A DNA stretch of 64,000 nucleotides from a virus, in IMG/VR virus record IMGVR_UViG_3300045988_163643, positions 32,001-96,000 of that record, one strand, 5' to 3'. The notes under the pieces are model-generated. The model saw only the letters and a list, made by a program, of their open reading frames with translations, ran no database searches and had not been told where the DNA came from. The translations under genes were made by a program, and so were the position numbers. Below are positions 52,262 through 58,681 of the stretch, piece after piece (within the stretch, counting starts at the first letter, position 1; each line of letters opens with the position of its first letter).

Positions 52262-52290
52262 ACTATAATATAATCATTATATAAAGTCAA
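52262..52290 (-). promoter_or_regulatory. class III cassette promoter
   Basis: TTGACT-17-TATAGT. Confidence 0.55.
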
Positions 52291-52355
52291 TAAATATTTT
52301 AATTCTCATGAAAAATTTTAATTCTGAGCAACTGAAGAAGGAAAAACCCTTCTTC

Positions 52356-52595
52356 TTATAAATTTTCAACTTCTATGCTTATAATTGTATTACAGTTACA
52401 AGTTATTAAGAATCCTACTTTACTTTTTAAAGACTTTACAAATAGTCCTTGAAAATAATCACCTTTACAATATGAATTTTTAGGACTATAGCCTATAGTA
52501 TTCATAAAAGGTATTATTCTTTTTTCACCTTTTGCAATATTTATTTCTTTTATTTCCTCTTCATTAAATTTTTCCATTAATTCATAATTTTTCAT
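52356..52595 (-). CDS. hypothetical protein
   Basis: 79-aa ORF with TAGGAGGG SD. Confidence 0.5.
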   Translation of the reverse strand: MKNYELMEKFNEEEIKEINIAKGEKRIIPFMNTIGYSPKNSYCKGDYFQGLFVKSLKSKVGFLITCNCNTIISIEVENL

Positions 52596-52673
52596 ATATA
52601 AAACCCTCCTAAATTTTTAATTATCATGAAAGTAATTAACTTTCAGCAACTGAAGAAGGAAAAACCTTTCTTC

Positions 52674-52853
52674 TTAGTCAATGAAAAAATCAATTGAATT
52701 TTTAGAAAATAATACATTAAATTTATGAAAAAATTCAATATCTATTTGAGAATTTTTTTCATTGAAAAATGATTGAATATTATAATCTTCAAAATATACT
52801 TTTGTATTTACTACTATTGTTAATAATAATATTATATTTATTATTTTTTTCAT
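52674..52853 (-). CDS. hypothetical protein with N-terminal hydrophobic segment (59 aa)
   Basis: Hand-translated MKKIINIILLLTIVVNTKVYFEDYNIQSFFNEKNSQIDIEFFHKFNVLFSKNSIDFFID with TAGGAGGG SD. Confidence 0.5.
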   Translation of the reverse strand: MKKIINIILLLTIVVNTKVYFEDYNIQSFFNEKNSQIDIEFFHKFNVLFSKNSIDFFID

Positions 52854-52884
52854 ATATAAAACCCTCCTAAAATTTTAATTTATT

Positions 52885-52933
52885 CAGTAATTTAAATTAC
52901 TGTAACTGAAGAAGAAAATTAAATTTCTTCTTC
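52885..52933 (-). other. paired stem-loop boundary cassette
   Basis: hp1 CAGTAATTTAAATTACTG at 52885-52902. hp2 GAAGAAGAAA/TTTCTTCTTC at 52908-52933. Near-identical copy at ~53745-53795. Confidence 0.6.
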
Positions 52934-53713
52934 TTCCATACTTTCTATATTATTTACTTTATTTTCAATAATCAAAAAGAATTCGTTTGCTATTGATTCA
53001 AAAGTTGCCCATACTATTTCAGTATAATTGAATTTATTGATAGATATTTCATCTTTTTCAATTAATGTATTAAAGTAATTTTGTATTTCATCTAAATTAT
53101 TTATGAAGAATTTTTTTATATTAGTATTATATTTTAACTCAAATATTGCTTCAGAGCAACCATTTTTTCTAAATTCATCTATGAATTCTTTAACATGATT
53201 TAAGCATTCAAAAGTCTTAATATATTTTTCTAATATATCTAATACTTCATTTTTTAAATTACTTTTACTTCTTAATTCTTCTTCCATTGTAATTAATAAA
53301 GTGTCCATTTTTTTATTATTGTCTATGTCTTCTTCCATGCTCTCGACAAAATTTATTTCATCTTCTATTTCATAGAAAAATTCTTTTGCTATGAATTCAA
53401 AAGTTACGGAAGCTATTTCAGTATAATTGAATTCATAGATAGATATTTCACCTTTTTCAATTAATGTATTAAAGTAATTTTGTATTTCATCTAAATTATT
53501 TATGAAGAATTCTTTTCTATTATTATAACGCATTAATTCAGGTATTACACCTATTAAGCTGACACCTTCCATAAAGTCCCTAACTTCTTCTAAATCTTTA
53601 CATTCTTTAATATGATTTATTAACATATCTAATACTTCATTTTTCAAATTACTTTCTTCCTTCATGTCTTCTATACCATTTAATAACATTTCTATTTTTT
53701 CACTATTTCTCAT
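52919..53713 (-). CDS. tandem two-domain member of paralog family A
   Basis: 264 aa. Two copies of the family A domain, with near-identical DNA stretches at ~53055-53110 and ~53455-53510. Confidence 0.6.
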   Translation of the reverse strand: MRNSEKIEMLLNGIEDMKEESNLKNEVLDMLINHIKECKDLEEVRDFMEGVSLIGVIPELMRYNNRKEFFINNLDEIQNYFNTLIEKGEISIYEFNYTEIASVTFEFIAKEFFYEIEDEINFVESMEEDIDNNKKMDTLLITMEEELRSKSNLKNEVLDILEKYIKTFECLNHVKEFIDEFRKNGCSEAIFELKYNTNIKKFFINNLDEIQNYFNTLIEKDEISINKFNYTEIVWATFESIANEFFLIIENKVNNIESMEEEEI

Positions 53714-53776
53714 ATAAAACCCTCCTAAAAATTTAATTTATTCAGTAATTTAAATTACTGTTACTGAAGAAGAAAA

Positions 53777-54133
53777 TTAAACTTCTTCTTCTTCCATTGT
53801 TTCAACTTCATTATATATTATACTTGTCATATATTCAAAAGCTAACCAACTTAAATTATTTGCGTTTACTTCAAAATCAGGACTTAAATTATCTTTAAGT
53901 TGATTGTAAATGTCGAATATTTCTTCTATATGTTTAATGAAGAAACATTTTGTTTCATTAAAGTATATTAATTCAGGCACTGTACCACTAATACAACCGT
54001 AATTCATAACATCTTCTAAAAATCCTTTTTCTACTTCATAATTTTCTATATTGTTTAAGATTATATCAATAACACTATCCTTTAATTCGCTTTCTCCATA
54101 TAAATTATTTAATAATTCACTATATTTTTTCAT
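53777..54133 (-). CDS. acidic protein, paralog family A
   Basis: 118 aa. See 49588..49953. Confidence 0.6.
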   Translation of the reverse strand: MKKYSELLNNLYGESELKDSVIDIILNNIENYEVEKGFLEDVMNYGCISGTVPELIYFNETKCFFIKHIEEIFDIYNQLKDNLSPDFEVNANNLSWLAFEYMTSIIYNEVETMEEEEV

Positions 54134-54249
54134 AATAAAAACCCTCCTAAAAATTATAAATTTTATTCAGAGCAACTCAAATATCAATTTTGAATTACTG
54201 TTACTGAAAAAGTATAGGACTTATAAAATCCCTTGTTTTTTCTATATTC

Positions 54250-54582
54250 TTATTCTTCAATTTTAAAATTCTTTATCTCAAGTCCATAATTGACTTGAGA
54301 CTTTCTATTTGTGTATTTTTTAACTTTTGCCCTAAATGTCAACTTTTGTCCTTCTTTAATGTTTTCCTTAAATATTTTCTTTGTAACACTACTTATCATG
54401 TCACAAAGACAATGACAACATATAAAATCATTGTTTTGATATATATTGTTTATCAATGCAACTTTTCTACACCCTCTTTTTTCAATTCGGTTAAAAGTTC
54501 CTTTGAATTCGACAATACTATCATTTAGTTTTTCAAGTTCTTTTCTATATTCATATCTTCCGTTTTTAGAATTAATATACAT
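54250..54582 (-). CDS. first gene of the leftward early region, hypothetical
   Basis: 110-aa ORF with AAGGGGGA SD. Cys-rich centre FICCHCLCD. Confidence 0.55.
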   Translation of the reverse strand: MYINSKNGRYEYRKELEKLNDSIVEFKGTFNRIEKRGCRKVALINNIYQNNDFICCHCLCDMISSVTKKIFKENIKEGQKLTFRAKVKKYTNRKSQVNYGLEIKNFKIEE

Positions 54583-55047
54583 TTAAAATCCCCCTTTTTT
54601 TAACAAACAAGGGATTTTATAATTCCTATACCTTTTCCTATAACTGAAAAGGAAAAAATCCTTTTCCGTTTTTTTTAGGAGGAGGGAACATATTTAATTA
54701 TATAATAGGATTTTTATCATTGACCTCCTATGCCCTTGTAAATAGTCAATGACTGTTAAGTACTAAAACCTAACTTTTGATTATTACCTTATAACCCTCT
54801 GAGCACTTTTCAAAAGTTCCGACTTAAAAAGTATGAGTTCGTAAGTACTTATTAGAATTAATCTAACAGTTTACCTATATAACCTTTGATAATAGGGTTT
54901 TTATCAAAAGCACCTTTTAAGTTTTCCCTTTTGCCAGTTACCTAAAAGTTGTAAGATAATGCTTAATTCTATCAGGTGATATATTAAGCTTCTATTATAT
55001 ACCCTAAGCGTATAGCTTAAGGATTTTTTATTTCTTTTATTACCTTA

Positions 55048-55076
55048 ATTGTATCAGGTCTTTTATTTAATGTCAA
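55048..55076 (-). promoter_or_regulatory. early leftward promoter P1 of a tandem triplet
   Basis: TTGACA-17-TACAAT with an A/T-rich upstream tract. Confidence 0.65.
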
Positions 55077-55150
55077 GTACTTTTTAAAAATCTTTTAAAA
55101 CTTTTTAAGTAGCTCCTAAGTTGTTTTCCTAAGTTGTTATTTATACTTAT

Positions 55151-55179
55151 ATATTATCATGTCTTTTATCTAATGTCAA
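55151..55179 (-). promoter_or_regulatory. early leftward promoter P2
   Basis: TTGACA-17-TAATAT. Part of a ~100-bp tandem unit. Confidence 0.6.
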
Positions 55180-55249
55180 CTATTTTTTTTAAAAAACTTT
55201 TAAAACTTTTTAAGTGCTTTCCTAAGTTGTTATTTATTTTATTAACTTA

Positions 55250-55278
55250 ATTGTATTTAACCTCTTATCTAATGTCAA
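55250..55278 (-). promoter_or_regulatory. early leftward promoter P3
   Basis: TTGACA-17-TACAAT. Part of a ~100-bp tandem unit. Confidence 0.65.
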
Positions 55279-55467
55279 CTATTTTTTTTATGTTTTTTTA
55301 TGTTTTTTGTATACATTAAAATGAATATTGTATTTTTTATATTGTATACATTATTTTGTATATTGTATTTTGAATAATGAATTTTGTATATTGTTTAATG
55401 TATACAGTATACCTATACTCTTTTATATTGATTTTCAAAATTCATATTTCTATTTTATTTTTTTCTA

Positions 55468-55569
55468 ATATTGCCGTGTGACGTGATATAAGGCAATTTA
55501 AGGATTTTCAGAGCAGTTACTGTATAATTTATTCAATTGATTAATATATCCTCTTATATTGCCTTATAT
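55468..55569. promoter_or_regulatory. ATTGCC boxes upstream of rightward gene 1
   Basis: ATATTGCC (55468-55475), inverted GGCAAT (55492-55497), CTCTTATATTGCCTTATAT (55551-55569). Confidence 0.4.
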
Positions 55570-55596
55570 GGATACATGAAAACTTTTAAAAAATTA

Positions 55597-55624
55597 TTGA
55601 CATTAAATAAAGTTATGCTATCAT
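55597..55624 (+). promoter_or_regulatory. rightward promoter of 55668..55865
   Basis: TTGACA-16-TATCAT. Confidence 0.5.
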
Positions 55625-55667
55625 TATATTAAATATTAATAAAATTAAATAAAGGTGGTTGATTGAA

Positions 55668-55865
55668 TTGAAGAAATATAGTATAGAAATAAAAGGCAAT
55701 ATATGGACAAGAGAATTAATTATAAATATATGCAGGGAAAAATCAATTAAATATAATGTAACAGAGTTATTAAGTGGATTAAAATATTGTATGCAATTAA
55801 ATGATTTAGGCTTTTGGGACTATCATTATTTCAATAGACTTAAAAAAATAGAAGAGAAAAAATAG
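55668..55865 (+). CDS. small rightward gene (65 aa), hypothetical
   Basis: Track ORF is 55659..55865. TTG 55668 is 9 nt after AAAGGTGG. Own promoter 55597-55624 and terminator 55863-55890. Confidence 0.45.
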   Translation: MKKYSIEIKGNIWTRELIINICREKSIKYNVTELLSGLKYCMQLNDLGFWDYHYFNRLKKIEEKK

Positions 55866-55890
55866 TAGAGACTGCTCTGCTATTTTTTTT
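55863..55890 (+). terminator. terminator of 55668..55865
   Basis: TAGTAGAG-actg-CTCTGCTA (one G-U pair) plus T8. Confidence 0.6.
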
Positions 55891-55898
55891 ATTGTATA

Positions 55899-55916
55899 TA
55901 TGAATAACTGTTCATA
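55899..55916. promoter_or_regulatory. 18-bp palindromic operator, LexA(Cheo)-box-like core
   Basis: TATGAATAACTGTTCATA with core GAAT-AACT-GTTC. Confidence 0.5.
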
Positions 55917-56141
55917 TGTTTATATGTTTAATTGTATGCAATATACTATATAATGCATCATGTATACAATATAATATATCATGTATTGTTTATTATGTAT
56001 AGTGTATAATGTATGCAATATTATGCATATTGTATCTTGTATGCAATATATAATATACTGTATGTAATATTATGTATATTGTATTATATTAGTTAACTTG
56101 TAAACTATTATCATATTGATAATAAATAATACTTGACAAAT

Positions 56142-56153
56142 AAACAGTTGTTC
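56142..56153. promoter_or_regulatory. Cheo-box-like site (11/12)
   Basis: Reverse complement reads GAAC-AACT-GTTT. Sits just downstream of TTGACA 56133-56138. Confidence 0.35.
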
Positions 56154-56529
56154 TGTAATCGAACGTAGCATATTTTATAATGTTTGTCAACAGTTATTTT
56201 TAGCTAAAAAGTTTAGTATAAGTAAACAATGCAAGTGTGAAACCATTGAAAATACTATATTATCATATTGATAAATTTACAAATACTAAGAAAAAATCAT
56301 GACCCATTTAAATCGATTCTAAGAGGGCGAACAAAATCCCTCTTTATAGTTAATCCTTTATATGAAGTCACTCTATACAGAGCTTTAAAATCGACGGTAA
56401 AAGGTCGGTATATATTTTTAAAAAGGTGACTATACATTTTATTGTATGTAATATATTGTATACAATTTATTATCATAATGATAATATATGAATAGATATT
56501 CAGGTATTCATATATAGAATTGTATAACA

Positions 56530-56547
56530 TATGAATAACTGTTCATA
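56530..56547. promoter_or_regulatory. 18-bp palindromic operator
   Basis: TATGAATAACTGTTCATA. About 21 nt are identical to site 55899 with its flanks. Confidence 0.5.
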
Positions 56548-56571
56548 TGTTTAATTATTCAATCGTATTAG

Positions 56572-56599
56572 TTGATTTGTGAACTACTATCAATATGAT
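56572..56599 (+). promoter_or_regulatory. candidate rightward promoter followed by palindromic operator 56604-56621
   Basis: TTGATT-16-TATGAT. Confidence 0.4.
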
Positions 56600-56603
56600 A
56601 ACA

Positions 56604-56621
56604 TATGAGTGATTGTTCATA
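56604..56621. promoter_or_regulatory. 18-bp palindromic operator (variant)
   Basis: TATGAGTGATTGTTCATA. Confidence 0.45.
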
Positions 56622-56662
56622 TAATATGTATAATGTATACAATATAATGTACTATGTATACG

Positions 56663-56680
56663 TATGAGTAACTGTTCATA
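56663..56680. promoter_or_regulatory. 18-bp palindromic operator (variant)
   Basis: TATGAGTAACTGTTCATA. Confidence 0.45.
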
Positions 56681-56717
56681 TATTCATATATATACTGTAT
56701 AGTGTATAATGTTTATT

Positions 56718-56778
56718 GTATACAATATAATATACTATGTATGATATATTATGTATGTTGTACTATGTATACAATATA
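56718..56778. repeat. 61-bp direct repeat, copy 1
   Basis: GTATACAATATAAT..GTATACAATATA. 59/61 identical to 56837-56897. Confidence 0.85.
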
Positions 56779-56836
56779 ATGTATAGTGTACTATGTACTA
56801 TGTATGGTGCATGATATGTAGTGTACTATGTATGGT

Positions 56837-56897
56837 GTATACAATATAATGTACTATGTATGATATACTATGTATGTTGTACTATGTATACAATATA
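56837..56897. repeat. 61-bp direct repeat, copy 2
   Basis: See 56718-56778. Confidence 0.85.
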
Positions 56898-56898
56898 G

Positions 56899-56926
56899 TT
56901 GATAAGTGAACTATTATCAATATGAT
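56899..56926 (+). promoter_or_regulatory. candidate rightward promoter followed by palindromic operator 56931-56948
   Basis: TTGATA-16-TATGAT. Copy of the 56572 unit. Confidence 0.4.
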
Positions 56927-56930
56927 AACA

Positions 56931-56948
56931 TATGAGTTACTGTTCATA
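56931..56948. promoter_or_regulatory. 18-bp palindromic operator (variant)
   Basis: TATGAGTTACTGTTCATA. Confidence 0.45.
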
Positions 56949-56966
56949 CGTTCATATGATAGTATG

Positions 56967-56984
56967 ATAGAACAACTGTTCCTA
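56967..56984. promoter_or_regulatory. perfect GAAC-N4-GTTC (Cheo/LexA-box core)
   Basis: ATAGAACAACTGTTCCTA with the core at 56970-56981. Confidence 0.5.
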
Positions 56985-57094
56985 TGATGTTCTATGTTAG
57001 TAGAACATATGGTACAATAATCGAACTGCATAGAATTGATTGTAAGGCGTTTGCGTGATGTTCTTCTTATGTTACATCGTTGATAGTGTTCCTT

Positions 57095-57117
57095 CTCTTA
57101 TATTGCCTTGTATTGCC
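57095..57117. promoter_or_regulatory. ATTGCC boxes upstream of rightward gene 2
   Basis: CTCTTATATTGCCTTGTATTGCC, two direct TATTGCC. Confidence 0.4.
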
Positions 57118-57173
57118 TCATAAGGTTACATTGAAAAAATTAGTGTATTAGAGAAAAAATTTTCATAGGATTG

Positions 57174-57202
57174 TTGACACGGAAAAGGGTAACTGCTATA
57201 AT
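57174..57202 (+). promoter_or_regulatory. rightward promoter of 57240..57401
   Basis: Perfect TTGACA-17-TATAAT. Confidence 0.7.
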
Positions 57203-57239
57203 TATGTTAATAAAAGATAAATAAAAGGGAGTTGATAGT

Positions 57240-57401
57240 ATGAAGAAGTTATTATTTGTTTTGGTGATTTTAGGAGTTATGGTGATTTTTAAGGACTGCT
57301 TATTAATAGGTTTAATGGATATTGTTGATTTTGTGGGTAACTTGTTTAACTTGAATACCGTTGTATTAATTGACTTCTTAAATAATTTATATTATTTATA
57401 A
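57240..57401 (+). CDS. small rightward hydrophobic protein (53 aa)
   Basis: Hand-translated MKKLLFVLVILGVMVIFKDCLLIGLMDIVDFVGNLFNLNTVVLIDFLNNLYYL. AAAAGGGAG SD, perfect TTGACA-17-TATAAT promoter, 13-bp-stem terminator. Confidence 0.55.
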   Translation: MKKLLFVLVILGVMVIFKDCLLIGLMDIVDFVGNLFNLNTVVLIDFLNNLYYL

Positions 57402-57405
57402 GAGG

Positions 57406-57443
57406 AATAAGTGGGATATATTTTATCCCACTTATTTTTTTAT
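57406..57443 (+). terminator. terminator of 57240..57401
   Basis: 13-bp stem AATAAGTGGGATA/TATCCCACTTATT plus T7. Confidence 0.8.
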
Positions 57444-57688
57444 GAAATATGCTCAGGTGATTTTATGTATATTGTATGGTGTGTGGTGAATAGTGTATAC
57501 AGTATTTTTTATTATGTATAATGTATTGTTTATTGTATTGTATATTGTATTATGTATTGTATTATGTTTATTGTATAATGTATTGTATAATGTATAATGT
57601 ATATTATGTATATATGGTGATATAAAAGAATTTTATATATTTTTATAAAATATTATATTTTAAAAAGCCAGTGCTCTGTATAAAATTT

Positions 57689-57750
57689 TAGGGAATTTTG
57701 TGGGGAATTTTAGGGAATTTTAGGGAATTTTAAGGATTTTATAGGGGGAC
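57689..57750. repeat. 10-bp iteron array TAGGGAATTT
   Basis: GGGAA starts at 57691, 57703, 57713 and 57723, with degenerate units at 57733 and 57744 (spacing 12, 10, 10, 10, 11). Confidence 0.8.
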
Positions 57751-57780
57751 TCTGAAAATTTTGTGGGATATATAATAGGG

Positions 57781-57803
57781 GGTGGGTCGGGAAAAATCCC
57801 ACC
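57781..57803. repeat. GC-rich hairpin/IR
   Basis: GGTGGG-tcgggaaaaat-CCCACC. Confidence 0.7.
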
Positions 57804-57832
57804 AAGGATTTTATATGTACAGGATTTTAAAA

Positions 57833-57853
57833 AACAGTTCTTAGAGAACTATT
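57833..57853. repeat. palindrome sharing the AACAGTTCT half-site with IR 40476-40561
   Basis: AACAGTTCT-TAG-AGAACTATT. Confidence 0.7.
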
Positions 57854-58409
57854 TACAAATTCGACACGAAGGGGGTAGTTTATGTATAATTCGACAAAAT
57901 TCTACACAAATATGAGTCTAGTCCCTTTATCTACACACTATTAAATTTCATCAAAATATTATTAAATTTCACTAATATTTCATCAATATTAAATTTACAA
58001 GATTAATCATATATAAAAATAATACTCTAAAACGCACTATAAAAATACATCACATTGTATACACAACATTGTATACACGATTGTACATTACCACACCACC
58101 ATCCATACACCACCTATTCCCCTATAACAAGCAATGAAATAAAAAGGAGGGGGGTACTTTATGATAATATCAATTATCAAATCAATAATATCACTTCCCC
58201 TTATATACACTATCCCAATAAAATCCAATAAAAATAACTTAAAAATAACTATAAAAAACGTACTATTTTAAATCAATTTCAGTATATTTTTAATCAAAAA
58301 CATACCATTTTCGACCAATTTTGTTACATTTTTGTACCATTTTAACCTAAAATAATCATAAAATATACGATATACCATATAAAAAGTAATGTATCAAAAT
58401 CATATAAAG

Positions 58410-58454
58410 TTATCCACAATTTCAACAAAGTTATCCACAGAATAATGTGGATTA
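58410..58454. promoter_or_regulatory. DnaA-box cluster
   Basis: Perfect TTATCCACA at 58410-58418 and at 58431-58439. Inverted TGTGGATTA (8/9) at 58446-58454. Confidence 0.6.
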
Positions 58455-58681
58455 AAAATAACGATAAATCACGAAAATATTAATATGTCTATTTTTATAA
58501 TCCCTCAAATCTCATTTTTTAAAGGTAAATAAAAAAAATGTACGGTTAACCGAATAAGAAAAAATCCTACAAAAAATACATGGTTAACCGTACTCAAGAA
58601 ATTAAAACAAATAAAATACATGATTAATGATATATAAAAACGATATAACATTATTGATGCTTAAAAAGAGTAAAAAAATAA

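Larger units (their letters stand above)
56569..56621. repeat. 53-bp promoter-operator repeat, copy 1
   Basis: TAGTTGATTTGTGAACTACTATCAATATGATAACATATGAGTGATTGTTCATA. 48/53 identical to 56896-56948. Confidence 0.8.
56896..56948. repeat. 53-bp promoter-operator repeat, copy 2
   Basis: See 56569-56621. Confidence 0.8.

Noticed and set aside
1649-54670. Regularly recurring ~30-60-bp repeats that might suggest a CRISPR array.
   Set aside because: The repeats are promoter and terminator cassettes separated by whole genes of very different lengths. There are no short uniform spacers and no cas genes.
54690-54730. 8-codon leader ORF (AGGAGGTCA ATG ATA AAA ATC CTA TTA TAT AAT TAA) in the early leader.
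   Set aside because: It is too short and unsupported to call. It is noted only as a possible leader peptide within the structured leader finding.
56297-56530. 77-aa minus-strand ORF inside the control region.
   Set aside because: It has no SD and its start lies inside the palindromic operator and repeat arrays. The N-terminal half is Ile/Tyr/Asn low-complexity translated from tgtat repeats. Only the segment ~56300-56430 has normal composition, and it contains short hairpins instead.
58161-58271. 36-aa plus-strand ORF after a strong-looking AAGGAGGGGGG.
   Set aside because: The peptide is Ile/Lys/Asn low-complexity and no promoter is recognisable. The G-run matches the G5 motif family of the control region, so it is more likely a binding site than an SD.
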